Shown in pieces: positions 1 to 12,430 of a DNA stretch of 64,000 nucleotides. The position numbers and the translations under genes were made by a program. Each line of letters begins with the position of its first letter. Within the stretch, counting starts at the first letter, position 1. This DNA is from Sphyrna mokarran. Lineage: Eukaryota. Below the pieces are notes generated by a model, which did not search any database, had not been told where the DNA came from, and worked only from the letters and a program-made list of their open reading frames with translations. The DNA lies in NCBI GenBank assembly GCA_024679065.1, contig JAGIQG010000005.1, forward strand, positions 34,844,001 through 34,908,000, in the 5' to 3' direction.

Positions 1-43
1 CACTAATACATGTGACAATAATAAATCAAATCAAATCAGAATC
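1..43 (+). mobile_element. 3' terminus of Rex1/Babar-type LINE
   Basis: tacatgtgacaataataa followed by (aatca)n; same tail as the Rex1 copies ending at 41183 (+) and 43096 (-). Confidence 0.7.
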
Positions 44-214
44 AATTTTATTAATTGCTCAATGTATGAACAATGATTAATAGGTCTGTGAGTCTCTCAA
101 CTAGATTTGGCTCTGTAATTTTAAGAAAGTCACTGTGTTATTCCTAATGTACTTCCAATTTCCCCAGTATTCAATCACTCCCACGTGATGGTTCTCAGCA
201 CTCAACATGTTTCA

Positions 215-915
215 TCGTTAATCTCTCCAAGTATCCTGGGATAGAACCCATTCACCTGCTGGAGATTTGTTGGTCAAGCCTTTTAAACCTGTTTGGAGCT
301 CGATTTTGTGGATGTCAAAGCTGTAAATCTGTGTAGATTATCTCCATTAATGGAGGGTACATGCCATCGTAATCTTCTCTGGTGAGCATTTCCAGTAAAT
401 AAAGCACTGGGTATTTTCCCTATTCTCTACTCATCCTCAGCTTCAGCTCAACTAGCATAATTTCAGTTTTTGTCTCTTCCCTGAGCACCCCATGCTTTCA
501 CAGTGTTGTGATTAGTGGCTGCAACAAGACCCATTTCTACTTTATTGCTTGTTTTTCTCCCCTTAAAATTGCTCTGGCTAAATGATTTTGGAGTTTTCTT
601 CCCAGTGGATATCCTCACTTTATGTATCTCCAAGCTTTTAGAAACTCATTTTTCTTCCTGCTTTCATTCCTATCACTTTATTAAGCCATTAGATTCATTT
701 TTAAAAATCAAAATTGGGTCATTTTTGCAATGGATTTGTTCTTTGTTTTCCTCTAGGTACCTGAGCTGTCAACAATTTATTTCCATCAACTAATCTGTTT
801 CAGCTGTTCCCTACTTGCCTCCTTGTGCACCTTGGGAAATTATATATTTGGACTCTTGTCCACAGCATTGAATCTCAAATCACCCCAAATTCAATCATGT
901 TATGATTGCTATCAT
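215..915 (-). mobile_element. Highly decayed CR1 LINE ORF2 fragment (end of endonuclease to start of RT)
   Basis: Minus-strand translation gives DSNHNMIE near 890-915 (CR1 SDHNMIEF motif) and a frameshifted NKSP..GFYPRIL near 225-275. Confidence 0.6.
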
Positions 916-1310
916 CATAAGATGACACAATTCCTATTAGTTACATGTTATAGGAGTCACGAGACATGATTCAAACCAACTGAGAATGTTGGTTCAAACT
1001 CAGACACATTGACCACATGAGGCAACTTTGTATCGCATTGCATTAGCTAATTCAAGACTCGAAGCCACATGGGCTATCATACTTTATATTTGCTCGGTTG
1101 GAGTTCCACAGAGCAGAACATTCTTATTTTAAACATACCAATTTCATAAATTATTCCGTCCTTTTTATTCTGAGCTAAAAGCCTGCCACAGTCCTTGAGT
1201 GCTATTTTAGCTCCCTTTGCACCGTAAAGCTCCATCTCATTTTGCACACTGGCCGAAGTTGGAACTTCCGGCGATGCTCTTAACGTTTCCTATCCACGGC
1301 ACCTACTTCC

Positions 1311-1525
1311 AGATTTGATTCCTGGCTTGGGGCATTATCTGTTCTCCCTCTGTCTGCGTGGTTTTCCTCTGGCATTCTGTTTCCTTCCATAGTCCGAAAG
1401 AAGTGCTGGCTGGGTGCACCAGCCACGTTAAATACTCCCACAGTGTACCTGAAGAGGTGCTGAAGTGTGCTGACTAGGGGATTTTCACAGTAGCTTATAG
1501 CAGTGTTGTGACACTAAAAAAAAAC
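1311..1525 (+). mobile_element. HE1/V-SINE, decayed, with Rex1-like tail
   Basis: B-box remnant, ttcctcccacagtcc-like core and tail gactaggggattttcacagta...gtgacactaa. Confidence 0.7.
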
Positions 1526-2864
1526 TGAAAAAAAGCTTAATTGAATCTGCACTGAATTAGGGCTTCTGAGTAGTTCTGCATCATTGTTTTCCTGTGTGAC
1601 TTTCTCTCATCTGGGGCCAACTATTCAATCAGCACTGAGTGTAGGTCATGGTGAATGTTCATTTCTGCCAGAGTTTGTGGATACCCTGCAGGCTGATCAC
1701 CAGTGAACAGCTGAAGAACAGCGCTTTGCAAAGCTTTGGACATTTGTAGGCTGGTTTTCCATACTTTGAGGGAAACAAATGTAGCTGCCAGGCCTGTGGA
1801 ACAATGCATCAGTCACTTCCTTAATACCAAGGTTAGACCAAAGCTTATTTGTAATCTCCTCCTCATGTCTGGAAAGACCTAGCAGCAGAATAAAGAAATG
1901 CAATCAATGATTGCTGTTATATTAATAGCCACAGGCAAAGGTGTTGGAGGCCCGAACATTCCTTTTCTTTTTTCAATCATCGTTTTACCTTTTATAGTAA
2001 TTTCCACAAGTGTTTCTCTTCAAATTTGCTGTCAAGTTGTTCATTCAAAGCTTGTAGAGTCTGCCCTGAAGTCACAACTTTTTTTTTGCTGCCTTTCTTC
2101 TCAGTTCCTTCATTGCCCATTTTACTTACTTCTCCTCAGTAAAACAGCTGTAATGGTCTTTGTCTGAACACTGCAGCTGTATTGCAGTGCTTTGATGTTT
2201 GTCAATGGTATCAAACTACTCTCAATTGTAATTTATAGTACTGACATAAAAACAATTTTAAAAGACTAGAATATGTAAAGTTAATTAAACCAATTGTATT
2301 TACTTGCTGATAATTGGCTTTTCTGCTGGTTCAGTTCATTCATGATAATCATTTAGCACCAAGTTAAAATAATATTGGAATATGCAAAGTGGTATTAACA
2401 GTGTCCAAAGCGCTCACACCAAAAATTAACTAACCTGCTGAATGTTTGCTCCATATTTCTTATCATGGGATTGCAAAGTTTACATCTTAGTGCCCTAAAT
2501 AGCTCCATTCAATCAATATTTTATGACGTGTCCATAATATCATAAGATATAGGAGTGGAATTAGGCCATCCAGACCTTTAAGTCTGCCATTCAATCATGG
2601 CTGTTTCTCAAGTTTCTCAACCCCATGTGCATTTTTTTCAATTTTGTCTTAGGCTTTATCTCAGATGGATACAGATCTGCTCAATTATGTCCTTTCTTCT
2701 TACAAAATGCTACAATAAAGAACATTAAACCCCTTGAACCCTGGCTCAGTTTTGAATGTGCAATGAGGTAGGGAGAAATTTAAAAATTTTTAAAGTAAGA
2801 AATGTGACAAGGTTTTAAAAATGTTTTTTAAAAAATAAAAACAGCATAAAATGCATCATATTTC

Positions 2865-2917
2865 CATCTCTCTCCAATTCTGATGAAGATTACATTAGAC
2901 TTGAAATGTTAACTCTG
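2865..2917 (+). ncRNA. Decayed minimal hammerhead ribozyme motif in a Penelope-type repeat fragment
   Basis: aatt-CTGATGA-agattacattagactt-GAAA-tgtt-aact at 2876-2914; core boxes intact, stems degenerate. Confidence 0.5.
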
Positions 2918-2935
2918 GCTTGGATTTTGTATACG

Positions 2936-3008
2936 CAGTAAGAAGTTTCACAACACCAGGTCAAAGTCCAACAGGTTTATTTGGTAGCAAAAGCCACTAG
3001 CTTTTGGA
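2936..3008 (-). mobile_element. Penelope-type terminal repeat fragment
   Basis: Reverse complement tccaaaagctagtgg...caaataaacctgttggactttgacctggtgttgtgaaacttcttact; same family as 33284-33417 and 34520-34647. Confidence 0.65.
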
Positions 3009-3674
3009 TTTTGTGCCGATCAGTCACACATAATCAGCAGGACCGGAAGTAGAATTGAAATGCAACTCCAGCTACGTCAGCCCCAGAACACAATTTCACA
3101 CTGACTGGCTAGTTAACAGGGAATCTATACATCAAATGTGACATCTAAACACAGCAAACCGTGTGCAGGCAGCACACTCAAACACCTGACAACAGAACTC
3201 AGAAAACTTCAGTCCCCAGACACCATTTTTAATTCCATTTCAGTCCCAACATCTCATCCAGACTTGGACTGAGCTCATAGCTAAAAGGTGAAGGCTACCT
3301 AGCCATTTATCTAAATGTAGACGGGCCACATGAAATCACTTTCAATTGACTCCTCAATAAGTCTGGCTAGTTGATTAATTGTCAGTAGATGAATGTCCGA
3401 CTCCCTCACCTTCCCACAGACTGAAATATCAAGAATGCACAACGACATTGGCACGTGTGCTCAACACCTTTTCCCTGTTTTCACATGCTTCCAATTCACA
3501 CACAAAACTCTAACTTCTGTTTTTCTTTCTGCACAGACCGCCAACCTTATGAGCTTTTCCAGCATTTCCTGCTTATGTGAAAAATGTGGCAATATTTCTG
3601 GTATCTTTTTAGGTTCAAGAACATAATATTATTATGTTCACCATTTTAGTTTTCAGGCCTTCAATGCACAAGCT

Positions 3675-4020
3675 TTTTTTTTTATTCATTTGTGGAAAAT
3701 GGGCGCCATTGGCTATGCAGCATTTGTTGGCCATCCATAGTTGCCTGAGTTGAAAGTAAACCACATGTGACCCTGAAGTGACATGTAGGCCAGATCAGGT
3801 AAGGACAGCAGATTTCCTTCCCTAAAGGATATTAGTGAATCAGATGGATTTTTCCAACAATCAACAACAATTCCGTGGTCATTAATAGATTCCTCATTCC
3901 AGATTTGTTTTTAAATTCAATTCAAATTCTATCATCTGCCATGGCAAGATTCAAACCCAGATCCCTTGAACTTTTCTGGATTTAAAGTCTAGTGGTGACA
4001 TTACTAAGCCATCACCCCGC
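3675..4020 (-). mobile_element. tRNA-derived SINE sharing its 3' tail with the LINE at 51222-51670
   Basis: A-box and B-box-like head on the minus strand, central ccatctgattcactaatatcctttagggaaggaaatctgc, and tail ggatggccaacaaatgctg...gaataaaaa. Other copies at 12790-12990, 44140-44523, 56330-56687 and 59655-60135. Confidence 0.8.
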
Positions 4021-4139
4021 CATCCTTCCAGTCTAAAAGGAAACACTATCGAGGGGCTATGTTAGGTGCAAGAAGACGTGCAGGTTTTGTTGATTTCTCT
4101 GCCATTTCTTTTTTAAATGTTTCCTCTTTGAAGTACAAT

Positions 4140-4700
4140 CGTCGCTCAATATTTTTATGGACATAGCCTTTTAGTGCTAATTTTATTTTGCCATAAAACT
4201 GTAAGACGATTAATCCACTGAAGAAGATTGGAAAATACCATGCTCCTAAAATGAAAAATCTTAATGGAACATATGAATGTATTCATAAGATACTTTGCTG
4301 AAAAAAGCTTAATTAAGAAATTCAGCAAAAGAGAAAAGTCTAATAAAATTGCAATTTAAGGTGCCTCCAAATAAACATCCTTTTTTTTATTTTCTGCTAA
4401 GTTATTAAATTGCTAAAAGCTTTGATGATTACGCAGAGATACTAATTTTCCAAACACTCAGTCTTAAGGAGCACATACGAGAAATGAGAGCACAAACTGG
4501 CCACAGCTTTCATTTCAATGGTCATAAATTTATGAGGAGAGCCTGCCTGAATTTTCTGGCACACTGTTACGTCTTCTGGCTCCCATAAGTTAGAAATAAG
4601 CGCACTTTAATTCAAAATGCTGGACATACATCGAGTTATTTCTTGTTGCTCTCCAGGTCGCTGGTGAACTGATCAATAGCACTATTAGCTGGCATACAAC
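4140..4700. promoter_or_regulatory. Candidate conserved non-coding enhancer with posterior Hox/Cdx-type sites
   Basis: Repeat-free. Contains TTTATGG (about 4154), GCCATAAAA (4190), the palindrome TCATAAATTTATGA (4522-4535) and several TAAT cores. Function is inferred only. Confidence 0.35.
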
Positions 4701-4780
4701 TACTGTGTGACAGTGAATATGGCACCTCCAGATATATATTCACATAATAATGAGTGTCAAGCTCTTTACAAATAATACAA

Positions 4781-5556
4781 TGGGCAGAATTTTCCCATTT
4801 TGCAACTAAGTATTATGGTGAATTTGGGAATGGCCGGGGGGTGGGGGTGGGGGGGGTGGGGGGGGGGGGGGGGTGGATGCAGTGGGAGGCAGGAGCATGT
4901 GGAGTGTTTCCCACTGCGGCTGCCAGCGAGCAAGCAAGCGAAATCATATAGCCCCAACTTCACTAATTATGTACCCAGGTGTTTAATGCCATATTCAATG
5001 GTAGGGCAATTCTAGGTGGCACAGAGTTCACCATTGTGTCAGGTTGCCATATTGAAAAGGCACCTGACTGCACTGATCGACTATTGGACAAATAACCCCC
5101 TGAAGATGAAGATTGATCTGCAGGAACATTCAGAGGTTGGATGAAGGACTCCCTCCAGTACACCAAAACAGTAAGTTCCACCTGCAGACATACCTCTGAT
5201 TCACTGCTGTGGTGTTTCAGACTGCCTCCATCACATACTCCAAAGAGAGCCCCAGGTATTGTTCAGGTGAGTTCCAACACCTGCATGCCATATTATTCTA
5301 AATATGTTTCACGCTGGCATGTTAAACCGCCAGCATTAATAGCCCCTGGTGGGTTTTCTAACCCACCCTGATGGGCACCATTGCAAGATCCAACTGTAAA
5401 ATGCCACTAATGAGTAAACAATCTCCATATAGCCTCCCGCCATATTCTGTATTTGGAGAAAACTTCTTTGGCTCTTCTCCCTGGCTTGTATTTCAGAATA
5501 AAATGGCAACTCCAAAATCTCGAAGTAATTTCTGAAGTCTTGCGAGAACTCTGCCA
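4781..5556. mobile_element. Non-autonomous DNA transposon (MITE, probably PIF/Harbinger-type)
   Basis: Terminal inverted repeats tgggcagaattttccc (4781) and gcgagaactctgcca (5542-5556); internal G-run at 4835-4873. Confidence 0.55.
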
Positions 5557-8153
5557 TTTTGACTTGTAAATCTGCTTCAGTGGATGATGATTATTCATCA
5601 CAATAAATGCATTCCCACAGAGACATGTATGAAATTTCTCACATCGATGCATGACTGCCAATACCTGTCTCTACATTGATATATGTGGCCTCAACTGATG
5701 GTAGCAGTGTGGACGTAAATGTGATTAGTTTTCGTCTCTTTAAGCAGGGCTGCTCCCAGGGCTGCTTTTGTCAAAGCATCTACCTGTAGGTTGACAGGTT
5801 TCATTCAGTTGCAGTATGATAGACATGACTGCTTGCACACTGCTTCTCTCAGTTTTGCAATCAGACCACATCTCTTTGATATTGAAAATAAAGAACAAAG
5901 AAAATTACAGCACAGGAACAGGCTCTTTGGCCCTCCAAGCCTGCCCAACTTAACTAAAATCTTCTACCCTTCCAGGGACCATATCCCTATATTTTCATCC
6001 TATTCATGCATTTGTCAAGCTGCCACTTAAAACTCATTATCATATCTGTTTCCACAACTGCCCTGGCAGCAAGCTCCAGGCACCCACCATTCTCCTTGTA
6101 AAAAACCTGCCTCACACAACTCCTCTAGACCTTGCCTCTCGTACCTTAAACCTATTCCCCCAAGTAATTGACTCTTCCACCCTTGGAAAAACTTCTAACT
6201 ATCCACTCTGTCCATGCCTCTCATAATCTTGTAGACTTCTATCAGGTCTTCCCTCAACCCCCATCATTCCAGTAAGAACAAATCAAGTTTCTCTAACCTC
6301 TCCTCACAAGTAATGCCCTCCATAACCGGCAACATCCTGGTAAATCTTTTCTATACCCTCTCCATATTCTTCTGATAGTATGGCGACCAGAATTGAACAC
6401 TATATTCCAAGTGCTATGAAGCTACAACATAACTTGCCAATTTTTAAACTCAATGCCCCGGCTGATGAAAGCAAGCATGCCTTCTTGACTACCTTCTCCA
6501 TCTGCACTGCCACTTGCAGTGACCTGTGTACCTGTACATCCAGATCACTCTGCATATCAATACTCTTAAGGGTACTGCCACTTACTTACATTTCCTCTCT
6601 GTATTAGACCTTCTAAATTGCATTCCCCTATATTTGTCCAGATTAAACTCTATCTGCCATCTCTCCGCCCAAGTTTCCAACTGATTTATATCTTGCTGTA
6701 TCCTCTGATAATCCTCATCACTATCCACAAATCCACCAACCTATGTGTGGTCCACAAACTTACCAATCAAACCAGCTACACTTTCCTCCACATCATTTAT
6801 ATATATTACAAACAGCAAAGTTCCCAGCAGTTATCCCTGAGTAATGTTAGTTGTCACAGCCTGCATTCAGAAACACAACCTCCACTACTACTTTCTGTCT
6901 TCTACCACTGATCCAGTTTTGAATCCACCTTGCCAGCTCATTTCTGATCCCAAACAACTACATCTTCTGCACCAGTCTGCCATGAGGGATCTTGCCAAAG
7001 GCTTTACTAAGTACATGTAGACAACATTCACTGCCTTACTCTCATCAACTACCTTTGTCACTTCCTCAAAAAACTCAAGTTAAAGAGACACAACCTCCCC
7101 TTCATTAAATCATGTTGCCTCTCGCTAATATGTCCACTTCCCTCCAAGTGGGAGTAAATACTGTCTCAAAGAATCCTTTCCAATAATTTCCCTACAACTG
7201 ACATAAGGCTCACCAGCCTGTAATTATCTGGATTATTCGTGCTACACTTCTTAAACAATGGAACAACATTGACTGTTCTCCAATACTCTGGGACCTCCTC
7301 CGTAGCTAGTGAGGATGCAAAGATTTCTCTCAAGGCCCCAGCAATTTCCTCCCTTGCCTCTCTCAGTATTTTGAAGTATATCCCATCAGGTCCTGGGGAC
7401 TTGTCTGCCTTAATGTTTCCTGAGAATCTTAATACCTCCTCTTTTTTGATCTCATCCAGGAACATCCAGGAGGTCTTCCTGAAACAGTATGTAGACAGTT
7501 CAACTAAGGAAGGGGCCATACTAGGGAATAAGCCTGGCCAAGTGGTCGATGTTTCGGTAGGGGAGCAGTTCAGAAACAGTGACCACAATTCAGCAAACTT
7601 TAAGGTACTGATAGATAGTCCTCAAGTTATGATGTTAAATTGGGGAAGGCTAATTACAATAATATTAGGCAGGAACTGAAGAATGTAGGTTGGGGGTAGA
7701 TGTTTGAGGGCAAATCAACATCTGGCATGTGGGAGGCTTCCAAGTGTAAGTTGATAAGAATTCAAGACCAGCACAGATGGTCTGTAAAGATGACGGGTAA
7801 GTATGGCAAATTTTGGAAACCTTGGATAAGAGAGATATTGTAAGCCTAGTCAAAGAGAAAAAGGAAGCATTTGTCAAAGCTAGGAAGCTGGGAACACACG
7901 AAGCAAGTGTGGTACACAAGGAAAGCAGAAAGGGGTAAGGACGGCTAAAAGGGATTACGAAAAAGCATTGGCCAGCAGGCTTAAGGAAAATCCCAAGGCT
8001 TTTTATACATATATAAAGAGCAAGAGGGTTGCCAGAGAGAGGGTTCGCCCATTCAGGCATAGGGGAGAGAATCTATGTGTGGAACCAGAGGTAATGGGTG
8101 AAATATTAAATATTGCGTCAGTATTCACCAAAGAGAAGGACCTGGTGGATAAT

Positions 8154-9447
8154 TAGAGAAGTTAGAGAAGCTTAGTATGATCAGAAATAGTCAACACTGT
8201 TTTGTCAAGGGCAGGTCGTGCCTTATGAGCCTAGTTGAGCTCTTTGAAAATGTGCCTGAACACATTGACGAAGGAAGAACAGTGGATGTGGTTTACATGG
8301 ATTTCAGCAAGACATTTGATAAGGTCCCCCATGCAAGACTTCTTGAGAAGATCAGACAGCATGGGATCCAAGGGGCTTTGGCCTTGTGGATCCAGAACTG
8401 GCTTGCCTGCAGAAGGCAGAGAGTAATTGTGGATGGGTCTTATTCTGCATGGAGGTCGGTCACCAGTGGAGTGCCCCAGGGATCTGTTCTAGGACCTCTG
8501 CTGTTTGTCATTTTCATAAATGTCCTGGATGAGGAAGTGGAAGGATGAGTTAGGAAGTTTGCCGATGATACGAAGATTGGTGGTGTTGTGGATAGTCTGG
8601 AAGGTTGTCAGAAGTTGCAGCGTGACGTAAATAGGATGCAAGACTGGCGGAGAAGTGGCAAATGGACTTCAACGTGGATAAATGTGTAGTGGTCCATTTT
8701 GGCAGGACCAATGGGATGAAGGAGTATAATATCAAGGGTAGGAATCTTAGCAGTGTTGAGGAGCTGAAGGACCTTAGGGTCCAGGTCCATAGATCTCTTA
8801 AATTGGCCTCGCAGGTGGAGGATGTTGTTAAGAAGGCGTATGGTGTTCTGGCCTTATTAATCGAGGGATTGAGCGTAGGAGTCGGGAGGTAATGCTCCAA
8901 CTTTATAAGACCTTTGTCAGACTCCACTTGGAGTACTGTGCACAGTTCTAGTTGCCTCACTACAGGAAGGATGTAGAAGCTATTGAGAGGGTGCAGAGGA
9001 GATTTACAAGGATGTTGCCTGGATTGGGAGGCATGCTTTATGAAGATAGGCTGAGGGAGCTAGGTCTCTTCTACCTGAAGAGATGAAGGTTGAGAAGCGA
9101 CCTGATAGAGGTTTATAAAATGTTGAGAGGCTTAGATAGGTGGATTCTCGGAGACTATTTCCCTGGGCTGAAATGGTGGCTGTGAGGAGACACAGGTTTA
9201 AGGTACTGGGGAGCAAATATAGAGGAGATGTTAGGGGTAAGGTTTTCACACAGAGGATGATGAATGAGTGGAATCGGCTGCTGTCAGTGGTGGTAGAGGC
9301 GAACTCGCTGGGGTCTTTTAAAAGACTTGTGGATGAGTATATGGGATTAAATGGAATTGGGAGTTACAGATAGTTCTATGGCCTAGTAGATATGGGTATG
9401 ATCGGTGCAACTTATGGGCCGAAGGGCCTGTTTGTGCTTTGTTCTAT
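8154..9447 (+). mobile_element. 5'-truncated CR1 LINE nested in the inverted segment of the host CR1
   Basis: RT motifs [28 protein letters not shown] and KFADD; tail gttctat; target-site duplication gataat at 8148-8153 and 9448-9453. Confidence 0.9.
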
Positions 9448-9689
9448 GATAATGAGTCTGAGAAAGGGTGTATAAATAGCTTGAGTCATGTTGAGATCAA
9501 AAAAGAGGAGGTATTAAAGTTCCTAGTACTAATCTAAGCTCAAAATTCATCTGCCTTTTACATTTCTTGCATTGAAAAAAATGCACTTCAGTCCACCAGA
9601 CCCTCTTTCATTAGCAACCCCCCTGCCTGTTTCTCTGAATCTCATTGGCCTTACTCTCTCATTCCTCTTCGCTAACTCGCCTTTGCTTT

Positions 9690-10620
9690 TGTTTCCACCC
9701 CCCTACCAAACTAGTTTAAATCCTCCCGTGTGAAAGTCGCGAATCTCCCAGCCAGAATATTTCTGCCCTTTCATTTTAGATGCAATCCATCCTTCTCGTG
9801 CAGAAGAGACCCCAATGATCCAGATTTCTGAAACCCTCCCTCCTACACCAACTGTTTAGCCCATATTAAGCTGCACTAACTTCCTATTCCTAGCCTCACT
9901 GGCAAGTGGCACAGGAAATAATCCTGAGGTTACAACTGTAGATGTTCTGCTTTTTAACTTTTTACCTAACTCCCTAAACTGCTGTTGCAGGACCCCATCA
10001 CTCTTCCTACCTATGTTGTTAGTATCAATATGGACCATGACTTCTGGCTGTTCACCCTCTCCCTTCCGAATGCTATCTGCATGTTCAGAGACATCCTGGA
10101 CCCTGGCACTAGGGAAGCAACATACCATCCTGGATACCATACCATCACGTCCACAGAAGCACCTACCTGCACCCCGCACTATAGAGTTATTGGTCTAATC
10201 CCCTTTGTCCCTTTCTGCTTATCAACAGAACCCAGCCACGGTGCCAGTGCTTTGGCTGCTGCTGTCGTTATCTCCTGATAGGCCTCCCCCACCCCCCACC
10301 CCACCCTCCCACCCCCCGGGCTCAATGGTATCCAAAACGGTATACTTGAACAGTATACTTGTTAGAGAAGGGGAAGGCAGCAGGGGATTCCTGCATTGAC
10401 TGCCTGCCCCTTCTAGTGGTCACCCATCTATCTGTCTGCACCTTGGGTGTGACCATGTGTCTAAAGCTCTAATGTATGACACTTTCCATCACCACCTTCA
10501 TGTTCCTAAAGCTCCAACCTTTTAAGCGGTCTTTAAGCAGTTGCACTTCCTGCAGACGTAGTCATCTGAGATGCTGGAAGTATCACAGATCTCCCAAACC
10601 TCATAAGTGCAGCACTTAAC
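9690..10620 (-). pseudogene. CR1 ORF1 (zinc-finger plus SGNH esterase-like), disrupted
   Basis: ORF 9856-10179 reads RMVCCFPSARVQDV..EQPEVMVHIDTNNIG..FRELGKKLKSRTS.VVTSGL, the CR1 ORF1 esterase domain; DDYVCRKC lies near 10540-10565. Confidence 0.8.
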
Positions 10621-11299
10621 CCCACATTTCTAGCACCAACTAAATTATTTAAGAAAATTTATAAAACTCTTACCTTTACTTTTACCTTCTCACAGTGGCC
10701 TTTTATTTTTGGTTAGAGGAGAAGGGAAGGAAACACTGATGGAGTGTTTCAGACTTACCACTCCTTGACACCAGATCTTGCGCTTCCCACTTCCTAGCAG
10801 ATGTTGCTGGGCTGACTTCTCCCAGAATGAAGCAGTGAAGTCCCTCAGCTGCCTCTACTTGATATGATATTTCAACCTCCAGCTTACTGGAAATTTTGAA
10901 ATTTGGAATAAGACTGAGCAAACTGCTTAAAAATGCAATGTGACATACTAAGGTGAAGTTGGGAAAGTAACAAATCATCCTCGGAGGGGTGTGAAGAGAG
11001 AGAGAGTTCCTATAATCCAGACACACAAGAAAATTCATAACTGTCATAGGAAAAGGAATTGAAAGTGCAAAGAACTGAATATTGAAACAATGGTTGCTAC
11101 AGACAGACCTACCCAAACCTTCTTGGAAATACACAATGGGTGAAGCATTTCAATTAAGCAAGCAGAGAGATTGCAAGTTTCACAAGCAGTGTCAAAAACA
11201 TCTTCAGCAGAGCAAACAGGTTGAAGACTTCTCGCTTTCTTTTCCTTTTGGAATAAATGTATTTCCTGGTTTAAGAAACCAACTCTATCATTAACACCA

Positions 11300-12430
11300 T
11301 ACAGGCGATTCCCACCAAAAAATTTTAAATGCCTAACTCATGTGGAAACTGGAGTAAATCAGGCTGTTTTTTTCAGTGGGAGTTCAGAGAAGAATCTCCC
11401 ACAGTCTGTACATTCAAGAGTGCACTACCATAAATCATGTAAGAAATCAGTGGGTGGAACCTATTTGTGCTGGAGAGGCTGACAGCACAGCGTAGGCCAC
11501 GGATTGTGCACTGACCTGTCAGCACTGAAATAGGCGCATGCGCAGTGGCCCCTGTGTGCCAGCTCCCCAGTCGCTGGTCAGCTTGATTGCTTGCCTGCTC
11601 CTTGACTCCTACACTGCCAGCTGTGCATCTTCTCCCCACTGTCCAATCTCTTGCACACCCCCCCCCAAATCATGCCTGGACTCAGCCTCGAACCCCCTCC
11701 AGTTACCACTTTCTCCAGCATCCCCCTTCCCAATCCCTCCTCCCTCCCACTGATAGTCCTGACCATCCCCACAGTGCCAACCCCCATCCTTGCAGCCCTA
11801 AACCCACCCCCCACTCAACACCCCTGGCAGGCTGACCCTGTCACAGCCCAACTGCCAGCTCCAATTGCTGGTCTCCTTCCCTCCTCCACCAATCCTGACT
11901 GCAGAATGGCACCTGGACCCTCCACCCCAACCAATCAGCCTACGAGGCCCCGTATCCTTTTGGCTTTGACCCACGAGGATCCTCCCCAATAGACCCTGCC
12001 CCTTGGCATTGCCCCATGTCAGACTGACTGGTTCCCCATGGGCAATGGTACTTTGCCCCTTGGGCAGTACCAGGGGGTTAGGCTGGCACTTGCCGAGGTG
12101 CCAATGCCCAGGGGGCACCCTGGGAGGCCTCAATTGCCCCCCTTCACTCCACTGGGGATCGAACCCCTGCTCCCCACAAGTGGTGAACAACTCTAAACCC
12201 TGCTGAAGTGAAATACTCCTGATGGGTGGGAGATGCATGCAGGCTTGGGGATTTCAGTCCCAGGCCTACAAATAACATTTAAATTAAATTCAAATGAGCT
12301 GCTGTGCACATTAGGCAGCTCTGTGCTGGAAATCCAGCAATGGGAGATGCACTCGGTGCTGGGTAACCAGCACAGATCCCATGGATCTAAAAAAATCAGG
12401 TCAATGGGATGGAAGAATTGCAGCTCAGCA
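11300..12430. mobile_element. Non-autonomous DNA-transposon-like repeat with ggcac/tgcc motifs
   Basis: C-rich tract followed by repeated ttggca..tgcc motifs; a related copy lies in opposite orientation at about 23055-23870. Confidence 0.5.

Larger units (their letters stand above)
5888..10830 (-). mobile_element. Near full-length CR1 LINE with internal inversion (7454-9517) and a nested CR1
   Basis: 3' tail at 5888. Minus-strand RT to 7453 (DKSPGPDGIY..ILREAREEIAG, DNYRLVSLMSVVGKLLE). Plus-strand EN/tether at 7454-8153 and 9448-9517. Minus-strand EN start (GLKCIFFNAR) near 9520-9595, then ORF1 and a putative 5' UTR. Confidence 0.85.

Noticed and set aside
4835-4873. Long G-tract with G-quadruplex potential (C-rich tracts also at about 10285-10317 and 28010-28040)
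   Set aside because: All lie inside repeats and look like homopolymer slippage; no evidence of function.
7166-7679. 140-aa and 146-aa ORFs that look like novel fusions
   Set aside because: Sense/antisense read-through across the CR1 inversion junction.
11373-12238. Overlapping Pro/Gly-rich ORFs on both strands
   Set aside because: Low-complexity C-rich interior of a non-autonomous repeat that recurs at about 23055-23870.
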